Translations under genes and position numbers: made by a program
Part shown: piece by piece, positions 36,416-45,161 of the stretch
Position numbering within the stretch: the stretch's first letter is position 1
How the letters are laid out: each line of letters begins with the position of its first letter
DNA from: a virus
Lineage: Duplodnaviria; Caudoviricetes
Length of the DNA stretch: 64,000 nucleotides
Virus record (IMG/VR): IMGVR_UViG_3300020419_001132
Strand: one strand, 5' to 3'
The notes under the pieces: generated by a model
What the model saw: the letters and a program-made list of their open reading frames with translations, nothing else
What the model was told of the DNA's origin: nothing
Databases searched by the model: none

Positions 36416-38206
36416 TTATTCTTCCGCCTTTAAACGTAGTTGTTGATTCTCTACTTTGGTTAGGTAACCTTTCTTTTTTTTTGAATCTAATGTTTCTGCT
36501 GGAAGATATGACTCCCAAGGAAAACTATCTATTTTTTTATCTAAGTACCATTGTTTATAAGTTGCAATATTTTCTCCTGGATTATCTAGTTTCCAGGCTT
36601 TTTTAGCTTCTTTCCAATCATCTAATAGTTCTAGTGCTTCAATGTCTTCCGCGGTTAATCTGTATTCTTCCGACGATGACTCTTTTTTTTCGAGTTGCTC
36701 TGGCTCCGCAGGTACAAGTTTAGGTTCTTGTTCTACTTCTTTATCTTCGTATAGTTCTTGCCATTCCTCTGTTGTATCTGCTTCCTTTTTTTCAAAGTCA
36801 AATTCCAATTGATTAGGATCTTTTTCCTCTCCATATTCAAGAGCATTTTTATTCCAATCAGTTTTGTCAAACATATCTGAAGTAGGCGATCCACTAACCT
36901 TTTCCAATAGATCTTCAGTTTCAACTTCTTCCTGTTCTTCTGTATTCTTTTCGTTGTCAACAATTTTTTGTGCTCTAGCTTGTTCATACTTACGCCACTG
37001 ATCATTAGGTGACTTTGGTTTCCTAAATTCTAATGTGTATTGGCTAGCAATTAAAAGAAGTACTGCAAGTGGATCAAAAACAAAAATAATTAAAATTATA
37101 ACCCAACGTACTGCTTCTTCTAGTAAATCTCTGTTGACATCTTCTCCGTATATCAATTCTGCGATATACTTAATAGGTCCTACTTCTGCCTCTAGCTTTC
37201 TATATTCTGCTTCTAAGCTATATTTCTGTTCTGTAAGACTATCTATTTCAGCATTTGCATTTTTAATTTTTAGTAGCTCTGCTTCTATAAATTCTGTATT
37301 ATTGTCTGGAGTTACACTTCCTATGTCTTGCCTAAGTTTATTAATTAGCTTGTTAGAATCTGCAATTTCTTTTTCAGCTATGTCTCGCAGTCTTTTAATT
37401 TCATTGTTAGCCGCGACTATTAATGGAGATTCTTTTGCTTCTAATGTTCGTATAGTCTGTAGTATACTATCTCTTTTTGCAACAAGACCTTCTCTATATG
37501 CTTCTACCTGCCCCGCAGTATTAGATCCATAATTACCATCTACTCTTGTGCCAACAATGCTTTGTAAACGTTTTATACTTTCAGTGTCACGCCTATTGAG
37601 TAAATTAGTTAAAGTAGCCAAGTCAGCATCTATGCTTTCTACTTGTGCTAGGTACGGCTCAACCTTTTTGTCTTTACGTAATAACTCTTGTTTTATAACT
37701 TCTTGTTGTTCAGCTACTAATGGCTTGATTCTTTCATAAGCAGTATCAATTCTTTTTTGTTCTCTATCAATTTGATCCTGTATAGTATCGTTTTGATTTG
37801 CTCCTGCATTTTCTGTTTTTGTAATCTTAGCTTCTGCTCTAACTATTATAGCATCATACCTGGCAAGGTCTTTTTCTATACGAGCAATCTGTTCAATGCT
37901 TTCATTACTAGCACTAGTTTGTTCTATATGTGCTTTGGATAGAAAACCAAAGATACCCATGCTAGTTATTACCATGAGAAGAACTACTGCTATACTTAAA
38001 TATGTTTTAAGCCACCAGGCCGCTTGTTTCCAATACCTATGAAGCCAAACAGCCGTAACTAATTTGCCAACTTCTAACACACCGCCCATCACCATAATAG
38101 GTATTGCCGCGGCGGCAAAAATAGCAACCAAACCTGCTATTGAATAGTATATTGCAACTGCACTAATGCATAATGCAGTTATTAGTGTTAATATCGCTAA
38201 GAACAT
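36416..38206 (-). CDS. Inner-membrane coiled-coil protein with peptidoglycan-binding-like motif
   Basis: Three N-terminal TMs, long coiled coil, LQSIVGTRVDGNYGSNT, further TM, acidic tail; start MFLAIL; possible -1 extension to 36312. Confidence 0.75.
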   Translation of the reverse strand: MFLAILTLITALCISAVAIYYSIAGLVAIFAAAAIPIMVMGGVLEVGKLVTAVWLHRYWKQAAWWLKTYLSIAVVLLMVITSMGIFGFLSKAHIEQTSASNESIEQIARIEKDLARYDAIIVRAEAKITKTENAGANQNDTIQDQIDREQKRIDTAYERIKPLVAEQQEVIKQELLRKDKKVEPYLAQVESIDADLATLTNLLNRRDTESIKRLQSIVGTRVDGNYGSNTAGQVEAYREGLVAKRDSILQTIRTLEAKESPLIVAANNEIKRLRDIAEKEIADSNKLINKLRQDIGSVTPDNNTEFIEAELLKIKNANAEIDSLTEQKYSLEAEYRKLEAEVGPIKYIAELIYGEDVNRDLLEEAVRWVIILIIFVFDPLAVLLLIASQYTLEFRKPKSPNDQWRKYEQARAQKIVDNEKNTEEQEEVETEDLLEKVSGSPTSDMFDKTDWNKNALEYGEEKDPNQLEFDFEKKEADTTEEWQELYEDKEVEQEPKLVPAEPEQLEKKESSSEEYRLTAEDIEALELLDDWKEAKKAWKLDNPGENIATYKQWYLDKKIDSFPWESYLPAETLDSKKKKGYLTKVENQQLRLKAEE

Positions 38207-38210
38207 ACAA

Positions 38211-38216
38211 TATTTA
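38211..38216 (-). promoter_or_regulatory. Late promoter TAAATA, predicted leaderless start
   Basis: TAAATA-TTGT-ATG(38206). Confidence 0.6.
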
Positions 38217-38222
38217 CCTGAA

Positions 38223-38687
38223 TCATGACCTGGAGATAAATGTCCATTTATCATTTACCGGACTATAACAAGCTCTGTCGGAAAAATCTTTACTCTTTCC
38301 ACCATATCTTAAATTAGTAAACAATACATGACAAATTTTATTTCCTTGTGGATATCTTGCAACAAGTTTTACAACACCACTTGCACTAGTATCAGGACTT
38401 ACCCATGTACAAGTTTGTCCAGGATCTGTCTCTTCCAAGGCAAAAAAGATACATCTTTGATGTCTTTCTCTATCTTCCCTTGGAATAGTGTAAGCACTAG
38501 CATTACCCCAATTATATATTGTACCATATATACTTGTTCCTGTGTTGGTTCTGTCTGCGGTTGTGTATTCTCCGTAGTAAGGACTACTACTACAACCAAC
38601 TAGACTAATAAGAATACCGAGCGTCGACAGCTTCCCAATTAACGTTGCCGTCTTTTGTCGGAAATGCACAAAGAAATCCTTTAACAT
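38223..38687 (-). CDS. Lipoprotein, 17-kDa surface-antigen-like
   Basis: Lipobox LVGC; CTWVSP...CHVL...RAC...W pattern; start uncertain. Confidence 0.65.
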   Translation of the reverse strand: MLKDFFVHFRQKTATLIGKLSTLGILISLVGCSSSPYYGEYTTADRTNTGTSIYGTIYNWGNASAYTIPREDRERHQRCIFFALEETDPGQTCTWVSPDTSASGVVKLVARYPQGNKICHVLFTNLRYGGKSKDFSDRACYSPVNDKWTFISRS

Positions 38688-38949
38688 TTGCTTCCCTTCC
38701 TTTAATCATTACAAGTTTTTCATAAGGACGGCATTCTTTTGCCATCCCGGTTTGTTTAACAAAATGATTTACTCTTGGCTTATCTGTACAGTCAATTGTC
38801 TTTTTACTGTTTACAGTTGAACCATTTTCTATTTCAATTTTTTCGTCAGTATAACAGTACTGAGGTTCTACAGCCGCGGTGTTTATTCCGGAACTTGCAC
38901 AACCTCCAAGTACACTAATTGTTATTAGACAGAGCAAGTACTTTATCAT
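38605..38949 (-). CDS. Lipoprotein
   Basis: Lipobox LGGC; four further Cys. Confidence 0.7.
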   Translation of the reverse strand: MIKYLLCLITISVLGGCASSGINTAAVEPQYCYTDEKIEIENGSTVNSKKTIDCTDKPRVNHFVKQTGMAKECRPYEKLVMIKGREANVKGFLCAFPTKDGNVNWEAVDARYSY

Positions 38950-39439
38950 CTCGAGCCTCTGAAATTAGTCTATCAAAAACGTCTAATGGCATTTTGATAC
39001 GTACATACGTATGAACTCTGCCTGTATTGCTTAGTTCATATGCATATCGTTTCACTTCTAAATGCTCTCTTATTACAGTATCTTTAACAGAATGTTCAAC
39101 TCTTGTTCTAGTTGTTCTAACATCATTCTTGATATCAACAACTGTCGAAGCATTAACAGTTCCGTTAATACGTTCTGCAAAACCTTTTACGGCGAATGCA
39201 TAAGCCTGAGACTCACTTGCCTGTTCAAACTTACTTTCACCCATGCCACAAGCATAAGCATAATCAGTCTTCCAAAACAACCAACCTTCTTTGCCGATTT
39301 GTTCACAATCCATGTACCATTTAGGATTAGCCTTAGTTTCACGGACTTCTATTTCTTTCATTGTACTACAAGCACTCATCATAGCAAGTGTTGTTACAAG
39401 TACGCCAGTTTTAAAAATGCCTTTCACGGTTACCTCCAT
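38915..39439 (-). CDS. Lipoprotein, LPP20-like
   Basis: Lipobox MSAC; PKWY...ACGMG...QAYAFA pattern. Confidence 0.65.
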   Translation of the reverse strand: MEVTVKGIFKTGVLVTTLAMMSACSTMKEIEVRETKANPKWYMDCEQIGKEGWLFWKTDYAYACGMGESKFEQASESQAYAFAVKGFAERINGTVNASTVVDIKNDVRTTRTRVEHSVKDTVIREHLEVKRYAYELSNTGRVHTYVRIKMPLDVFDRLISEARDDKVLALSNNN

Positions 39440-39465
39440 ATTAAAAGCCTATTCATAATATATAC

Positions 39466-39504
39466 ATAATACTATACAATTAAATGAAAGTCAACCTATT
39501 TTGG
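39466..39504 (-). promoter_or_regulatory. Sigma70-type promoter with upstream CCAAAA box
   Basis: CCAAAA-TAGG-TTGACT-17-TATTAT. Confidence 0.65.
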
Positions 39505-39509
39505 ATAAC

Positions 39510-40151
39510 CTAGTTGTCCAAAAGTAATGATATCTGATTTATTTTACTTTGAATAAGGTCAACGTAGTTTGGATTTGTGCTCCAAGGACCTAGGTGTTCA
39601 ACTTGTTTGTTAATGTCAATGACACCTTGATACTGTTGTTCTTTTCGTTCTTGTCTGAAACCTTCATAAACTTTTAGTGTATTTAAAATCCTTACTGCTT
39701 CTTTAACAGACTGGCATTTTGTAATGAAAGTTTTTACACCCCATTCTGCATTAGGATTTTCTTTTGGCTTCATTTGTGCTTGACCTTTATCCCATGTTCT
39801 AATACCAAACAAATTATTTCCTTTTATTGCAAACCTACTTGTTCCGTATCCTGATTCTACTACTGCCATTGCTATAATAATTTTCCTATCAATCCTCTCT
39901 AACGGAGGTGTGAATAAATTTACAAATGACATGCATTTATTAACTGACAAAATAAAAGATTCCCTGTCGCTATAAATCATTTCTGGTTCAAAGAATCCGT
40001 ACCCTTCCCATTCTTTTTGAACTTGTGCAACAGAATCATTTTTTATTTGTTGCATCAGATGTTTGTTAGGATTTATTGTGCCATAATGGTACGAGGCGAC
40101 ACTAAATGCCGCCAGTAGAACCACTGTTATTATTTTAGATATTATTGCCAT
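39510..40151 (-). CDS. Glucosaminidase (GH73, Bax/FlgJ-like)
   Basis: N-terminal TM; IAMAVVESGYGTSRFA...NNLFGIRTW, STNPNY. Confidence 0.85.
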   Translation of the reverse strand: MAIISKIITVVLLAAFSVASYHYGTINPNKHLMQQIKNDSVAQVQKEWEGYGFFEPEMIYSDRESFILSVNKCMSFVNLFTPPLERIDRKIIIAMAVVESGYGTSRFAIKGNNLFGIRTWDKGQAQMKPKENPNAEWGVKTFITKCQSVKEAVRILNTLKVYEGFRQERKEQQYQGVIDINKQVEHLGPWSTNPNYVDLIQSKINQISLLLDN

Positions 40152-40723
40152 CGGTAGAAAATATGTGTTCCTATTCTACCAACCAAATTTAGTTGAGGTG
40201 CCCACTTTGGGCTAACGTAGGTCGCATGATAGTGTGTAGCTTTCTCAGTCATACCTCTGAATCTGTATTCTCTTGATATCCGATAAGCAATTTCTTGGCA
40301 TTTACGCCATGAATCGCTATCTTTAATTTTGTCAGACTTTCCGTCGCAATACCATGAAAATTGACACTTGTGTCTAACAGGATGAAAGATTCTTTGATCA
40401 GCAGGAAGGTCTTTATGTTGTTTTGTTTTCCAAGATTCTCTCATTACTCCTTCATACACTACTTCACATATAGTGTTAGGAAATCTAGAGTCTTGTACTC
40501 TGTTCAGAACTACATCTGCAACCGCATACTGTCCAGCTACTGGTTCTGACTTAGCTTCAAAGTAAATATTCTTAGCCAAGCAGTATAGCTCAGGATGCGA
40601 AGTATTAGTATATAGTTCGCCTTCTACTGCATCCGTAATAAATGTAACAGCCTGGGCATGTGACATTGGTACAGATAAAAAAATAAAACACACAGTAGAG
40701 ACGAATATCATCGTCAACCTCAT
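40142..40723 (-). CDS. Cell wall hydrolase (SleB/Hydrolase_2)
   Basis: CLAKNIYFEA, AVADVVLNRV, CQFSWYCDG, ATHYHATYVSPKWA; start moved to ATG 40723. Confidence 0.9.
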   Translation of the reverse strand: MRLTMIFVSTVCFIFLSVPMSHAQAVTFITDAVEGELYTNTSHPELYCLAKNIYFEAKSEPVAGQYAVADVVLNRVQDSRFPNTICEVVYEGVMRESWKTKQHKDLPADQRIFHPVRHKCQFSWYCDGKSDKIKDSDSWRKCQEIAYRISREYRFRGMTEKATHYHATYVSPKWAPQLNLVGRIGTHIFYRWQ

Positions 40724-40727
40724 ATAG

Positions 40728-40733
40728 TATTTA
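40728..40733 (-). promoter_or_regulatory. Late promoter TAAATA, predicted leaderless start
   Basis: TAAATA-CTAT-ATG(40723). Confidence 0.55.
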
Positions 40734-40764
40734 CAAGCCATAATCGAATATTTAAATGCTAACA

Positions 40765-41226
40765 TTAGTTTCTCCTCATTGTTGCTATTTCTGTCGCCTG
40801 TTTTGAACCAGTCTTGTCGTCATCATCAGCAAACACAGGAACCATGTTAGACTTGTGCATAGTTGCAATACCAACAAGTCTACGTTCTCCTGTATATTGT
40901 AAACTTTCTTTCTTTGTGCAAGGTGCAAAAGAATGATGCGAATTAAGACTAGGTGCTTCCTTTTCTGGTCTTTGCCAGACATTTCCGCCTTCATGAACCC
41001 AATCGGCTTTAGGCGCCGCCTTTGCTCTAGGCTTGTGTTCGCCGTGACAATAAGCAATAAATTGTTCGAGATCCATTTGTAGATTATGAGAACCTATACG
41101 TCTCATATCTTTGTTATGTATCTTTAGTTGTTCTTGGAATTTTGCAATTTTTTGCAGGGTAAGTTTTTTCTTCTTGGGCTTCTTGGTGTTAAGTGTAGTG
41201 AGCCCTCTTTGTAAATGCATGGTCAT
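40765..41226 (-). CDS. Hypothetical phage protein
   Basis: C-terminal GIATMHKSNMVPV motif recognised from T4-like phages. Confidence 0.75.
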   Translation of the reverse strand: MTMHLQRGLTTLNTKKPKKKKLTLQKIAKFQEQLKIHNKDMRRIGSHNLQMDLEQFIAYCHGEHKPRAKAAPKADWVHEGGNVWQRPEKEAPSLNSHHSFAPCTKKESLQYTGERRLVGIATMHKSNMVPVFADDDDKTGSKQATEIATMRRN

Positions 41227-41302
41227 CTATGTGCTACTCCTAATTTCTAATTATATAATTAGTGTAGCACATAGTGATACCTATGTCAACTTAATTGGTA
41301 AA

Positions 41303-41575
41303 TTAAGCTACAACTCTTCGTCTTGGAATTGAGTAGGTTACTGTAGGTCTTCCTACTTTATTACTGTCCATTGAGCTTACTTTTACGTTAAAGCCAGCTT
41401 CTCTTAGCTCAGTAAGTCTTGCACCAGGTGATGCAATTTTTAGCTTCTTTTTAAGATCACCAGTGGTAAAAGTTTTACCTGTACCCCAGTAATTTTGTAA
41501 GATTTTTTGGTTCTGGGTACCTGCATTAAAAAACTTAGTACCTACAACTTTAGTTTTACTTTTTATCATTATCAT
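41303..41575 (-). CDS. Small winged-HTH-like DNA-binding protein
   Basis: FTTGDLKKKLKIASPGARLTELREAGF pattern. Confidence 0.6.
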   Translation of the reverse strand: MIMIKSKTKVVGTKFFNAGTQNQKILQNYWGTGKTFTTGDLKKKLKIASPGARLTELREAGFNVKVSSMDSNKVGRPTVTYSIPRRRVVA

Positions 41576-41602
41576 ATTACTCCTTTGTTATAATATTTGT
41601 AT

Positions 41603-41641
41603 ACTATACAACACAAAGTAATAAAAGTCAACCTATTTTGG
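41603..41641 (-). promoter_or_regulatory. Sigma70-type promoter with upstream CCAAAA box
   Basis: CCAAAA-TAGG-TTGACT-17-TATAGT. Confidence 0.75.
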
Positions 41642-41647
41642 TAAACT

Positions 41648-41860
41648 TTATTGCGAAAAGTCTAAAGTTGGTATTTCACGTGTGAAAGGTTCAATATCTT
41701 CTTGTGCAATACACATTAAAGAAAAGTCCAAATCCATTGTGCTAATGTAGATTTCGTGATTTTCACACTCTTCTCTGGTGTCAAAGTGTCTATCTGTAAT
41801 TACATTAAAGTTTAATTCGCTGAAAAAACTTAAAAAAGATAATACTAATACAAATTTCAT
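41648..41860 (-). CDS. Small exported protein
   Basis: 70 aa, hydrophobic N-terminus, two Cys. Confidence 0.55.
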   Translation of the reverse strand: MKFVLVLSFLSFFSELNFNVITDRHFDTREECENHEIYISTMDLDFSLMCIAQEDIEPFTREIPTLDFSQ

Positions 41861-41868
41861 AATAACTT

Positions 41869-41907
41869 AATATACTATAAAATTTATAAGAAGTCAACCG
41901 GTTTTGG
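41869..41907 (-). promoter_or_regulatory. Sigma70-type promoter with upstream CCAAAA box
   Basis: CCAAAA-CCGG-TTGACT-17-TATATT. Confidence 0.65.
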
Positions 41908-42093
41908 TTAATATCTTCTTCTTCGGTTATCTTTATCTTTTTTGGCCTTTTCTATAGCTTTTAGTCTGTCAGCAACAATATGACGTTCTAAGTTACGCCC
42001 AGCCCAAAGTCCTAAGCAATATATGAATATGATTAGCCCACAAACAAAAAATAATGCAGTTGTTGGATCATGAATCGGAACTAGGTCGTGCAT
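41908..42093 (-). CDS. Small single-TM protein
   Basis: 61 aa, TM plus basic tail. Confidence 0.6.
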   Translation of the reverse strand: MHDLVPIHDPTTALFFVCGLIIFIYCLGLWAGRNLERHIVADRLKAIEKAKKDKDNRRRRY

Positions 42094-42259
42094 TGTCTTG
42101 TGTCTCTTTTGCCCTTGTAAATTTTATATCGCAATACCCGCATGTTACATATCCTTCGTCTGGTACACTATAATATACTTTAGGGTGATCCATATCTTCG
42201 CCCATACACCACACCCGATCTTTATCTACATAAATTATTGTCTCTGGAGGAGAAGTCAC
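42068..42259 (-). CDS. zf-CHCC zinc-finger protein (NDUFS6-like)
   Basis: VWCMG...DHPKVYY...VTCGYCDIKF. Confidence 0.85.
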   Translation of the reverse strand: MTSPPETIIYVDKDRVWCMGEDMDHPKVYYSVPDEGYVTCGYCDIKFTRAKETQDNARPSSDS

Positions 42260-43239
42260 TTATCAGAATCCAGATAGTTCCTCATCATGTTGCCTAAACC
42301 TTTTTTAAGTCTACCAAAGTACCCAGGCTTATCCTCTGGCTCTGCTTTAGGTTCAATTGCTTTCTTTACTGCTTTGTCAATAGCAGTCTTGTCTACCGTA
42401 GGTTCTTTCTTTGAAGGTTCTAACTCTGCTGGTCTTTTAAGAGGAGGTTTAGTAACCAGCTTATCTCGCATAGGAACACCATCACCATATAGGCTTTTAG
42501 CTTTTCCGTAATGTTTATAATTCCAAGCCTTTCCAAAGTCTTCTAATGTGGCTGTTTCTCTACCGTCTTTTTTTGCAATTCTATCTCCAAATTTCATCTT
42601 TAGTAAGATAGTTTCTAACATTAATTTTGTAAGTTTTTCTATACTGGTTACATCATCCCAATCAGCAAAGTTAAAAGTGCCTCCCTTTACATCGCCGTAC
42701 GTTTTAGGTTCAACCTGTCCTGGGCCAATACCACTATCAAGATTTCCGTTTACATCATGATAACTTGCATAAGCACTAGTCCATGCATTGATAGGATTTT
42801 CAATTGCTTTCACAACATCAATACAACCTCTAGGTGCACTTACTCCACTAGATGCTATAGAACTTTCAACACGAGAGTTTATATAGTTGTCATTAAATTT
42901 ACTTGAATTTTCCATAAACCCTTTCATGGTCGATACATCAAGAACACCTGATGTCGGAAGACCACATTCTTTTTGCATCATTCCTACAAATGTATAAAAT
43001 CTTATAGCAGTTCCGCCTCTGTTCATTATGTTAGGATTGATGTATGCCATTCCTTGGCTAATACACCATTCCCTAAATTTGGCTCTTGCAGATCTGTGTA
43101 GGCCTCCAGGATCGTTTTTAAACTGTCCTTTTGAACCTGACCTTTGGGCAGTAGGTGTTTTTTTAAGAATACTAATAATCTGCTGGCCAAGTGCCACAGT
43201 CTTATCTTCTTTCTCTAAAATTATTTCTTGAACTAGCAT
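42256..43239 (-). CDS. Putative virion protein with peptidoglycan-binding-like motif
   Basis: MLVQEIILE N-terminus; MQKECGLPTSGVLD motif; possible lysozyme-like region (IEN...GPGQV...WNY). Confidence 0.55.
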   Translation of the reverse strand: MLVQEIILEKEDKTVALGQQIISILKKTPTAQRSGSKGQFKNDPGGLHRSARAKFREWCISQGMAYINPNIMNRGGTAIRFYTFVGMMQKECGLPTSGVLDVSTMKGFMENSSKFNDNYINSRVESSIASSGVSAPRGCIDVVKAIENPINAWTSAYASYHDVNGNLDSGIGPGQVEPKTYGDVKGGTFNFADWDDVTSIEKLTKLMLETILLKMKFGDRIAKKDGRETATLEDFGKAWNYKHYGKAKSLYGDGVPMRDKLVTKPPLKRPAELEPSKKEPTVDKTAIDKAVKKAIEPKAEPEDKPGYFGRLKKGLGNMMRNYLDSDK

Positions 43240-43244
43240 ATTAA

Positions 43245-43250
43245 TATTTA
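43245..43250 (-). promoter_or_regulatory. Late promoter TAAATA, predicted leaderless start
   Basis: CTAAATA-TTAAT-ATG(43239). Confidence 0.6.
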
Positions 43251-43364
43251 GTCGTATATGAATGGGTCTTGTTTTTTAAGTTCCCTCTTACGTTTCCGGT
43301 AACGTAACTCTTGTTTTATATATGTATACGGCCAAAGTATGATTTCAATTATTCTGGCAAGCAT
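43248..43364 (-). CDS. Small protein (38 aa) coupled to the carbamoyltransferase
   Basis: Manual: MLARIIEIILWPYTYIKQELRYRKRKRELKKQDPFIYD; overlaps the upstream stop. Confidence 0.6.
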   Translation of the reverse strand: MLARIIEIILWPYTYIKQELRYRKRKRELKKQDPFIYD

Positions 43365-44830
43365 ATTTCAACTCCATAATTTGCACTCCATCTAAGTGCA
43401 TCCTCTTTTGTATTTACTAAAGGTTCGCCTTTGATATTTAAACTAGTGTTAAGTAACATAGGACATCCTGTTGTTTCATACCAACGTTCTAACAGTTGTC
43501 TGAATCCGCTATTATCATCTCTAGATACTGTTTGAACTCTGCTCGTGTTATCGTAGTGTGTGATGGCAGGAAACGTATCAGGGTCTCTACACGTTGCTGT
43601 ATATTGCATGTACGGGCCAGTGATGCCTGCAAAATAGTCTTTTGTATGTTCTTCAAGTATTGCTGGTGCAAAAGGTCTGAATGCTTCTCTTCTTTTAAGT
43701 TTGTTAACTCTGTCTTTAACATTCTTTCCTCTTGGATCGGCCAGTATACTTCTGTTGCCCAAAGCCCTAGGCCCAAACTCAGCCCTACCACTAGCAACGG
43801 CAGTAATATGATTTTTTTGTAATTCTTGTAAAATTTTTTCAACAGGGTAATTTCCATTTATGTTATGTCCTAAATATGGACCAGGCCAATCTATATGTCT
43901 TTGCCATTTTGCCAAAACACATCCTATGGCACTTCCAGCATCTCCTGGGTTTGGCATGATCCAAACATTTTTAAATCTTTTGTGTGCTAACGGATTAGCC
44001 ACACAGTTTAAAATACAACCTCCCATTAATACTAAGTTTTCTTTTTTTGTAGTATTAGCAGTATAATCTATTAAACTTGCAAAAATTTCTTCGTATATCT
44101 GTTGTACAGCCGCGGCAATATCTGCAAAGTCCTTGTCACTATTTAAGTCGGGTGCCCAATCTTTGCATCCTCTGTGGCAATCTCTTGAAAACATTACATA
44201 TGGATCATCAGCAGATGGCATTTTAGCGATGAAGTCATCAATAATTCTTTGATATAATCTATCGGGATCTCCTATAGCCGCCATGCCCATTAACACATAT
44301 TCATGTTCTTGTGGAATTAATCCTATACGTTGGGTCATGGCACTATACCACATACCAACACTATCAGGATAACGTTGGCTTCTTACCTTTTTCAATGTAG
44401 GACCTTCACCCTTCCATATACTAAGAGTCTCCCATTCTCCTATACTATCGATACACAATACAGCCGCATCAGTATATGGACTGGTGTAGTATCCAGCAGA
44501 AGCATGACTAAGATGATGTCCAGTACTGATGCTTCTTGGAGCTTCTTTGTAAAACTTTCTCATATGTTGGGTGGGAGATTCTTTTTTTAGAAGATGATAT
44601 TGCCCTGCAAATAGTTGTCTTGTCTTTTTTAACAAAGGTTTTTCGTAGAAGTAAACCTTGTTTGGTACGCCAAATTCTAATATAGCATCAGAAAGTAACC
44701 AGTGATTTAGGTTTTTATCGTTTTTAATACGACTGTAACGTTCTGCATGAGAAGCAAATTTTAATTCATTATTTACGAATACTGCTAAACTAGCATCATG
44801 TGACAGTCCACTCCAGCCCCATGTAATCAT
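43349..44830 (-). CDS. O-carbamoyltransferase (NodU/CmcH/TobZ family)
   Basis: HDASLA, HHLSHA, GGCILN, EFGPRALGNRSILADPR, REAFRPFAP, LLNTSLN; start MITWG. Confidence 0.93.
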   Translation of the reverse strand: MITWGWSGLSHDASLAVFVNNELKFASHAERYSRIKNDKNLNHWLLSDAILEFGVPNKVYFYEKPLLKKTRQLFAGQYHLLKKESPTQHMRKFYKEAPRSISTGHHLSHASAGYYTSPYTDAAVLCIDSIGEWETLSIWKGEGPTLKKVRSQRYPDSVGMWYSAMTQRIGLIPQEHEYVLMGMAAIGDPDRLYQRIIDDFIAKMPSADDPYVMFSRDCHRGCKDWAPDLNSDKDFADIAAAVQQIYEEIFASLIDYTANTTKKENLVLMGGCILNCVANPLAHKRFKNVWIMPNPGDAGSAIGCVLAKWQRHIDWPGPYLGHNINGNYPVEKILQELQKNHITAVASGRAEFGPRALGNRSILADPRGKNVKDRVNKLKRREAFRPFAPAILEEHTKDYFAGITGPYMQYTATCRDPDTFPAITHYDNTSRVQTVSRDDNSGFRQLLERWYETTGCPMLLNTSLNIKGEPLVNTKEDALRWSANYGVEICLPE

Positions 44831-44835
44831 ATTAA

Positions 44836-44841
44836 TATTTA
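44836..44841 (-). promoter_or_regulatory. Late promoter TAAATA, predicted leaderless start
   Basis: CTAAATA-TTAAT-ATG(44830), identical to the site at 43245. Confidence 0.6.
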
Positions 44842-44849
44842 GTTTGGAA

Positions 44850-45161
44850 AAAATGGCCCGTTCTGTTGCCCGGTGGAACCATACCGCGAAGCTCACCGGT
44901 TATTAAGCGGCAATAAGTTCACGATCCATAGAAAGATCTAAAGAAGTGAACGCTCCAGGTGCAAAATTATCGTTTGCATTTGTAGTGTTTGTTCGCGTTA
45001 ACCGAGCTTACATCCGGACAACTCCACGTTTCTATTAACTGCCTGTCGATCCTATTTCAGCCCCATCATAAGCACACTCTCATTCTCAGTGTGTTTATGG
45101 TGGAGCTGTCGGGTACCGCCCCCGAGTCCAGTCCAACTTTCGAATTGCTTCAACGTTGCAA
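44850..45161 (-). ncRNA. ssrA: Circularly permuted two-piece tmRNA (alphaproteobacterial type)
   Basis: Acceptor piece ...GACTCGGGGGCGGTACCCGACAGCTCCACCA (ends 45098), hairpin intervening segment, coding piece GGGGCTGAAATAGGATCGAC from 45064; tag ANDNFAPGAFTSLDLSMDRELIAA at 44977-44903; TAAATA at 45166-71. Outer ends approximate. Confidence 0.9.

Noticed and set aside
36681-36692. A8 run (GAA AAA AAA GAG) as another frameshift site
   Set aside because: The -1 frame stops after 14 codons and the 0 frame continues normally.
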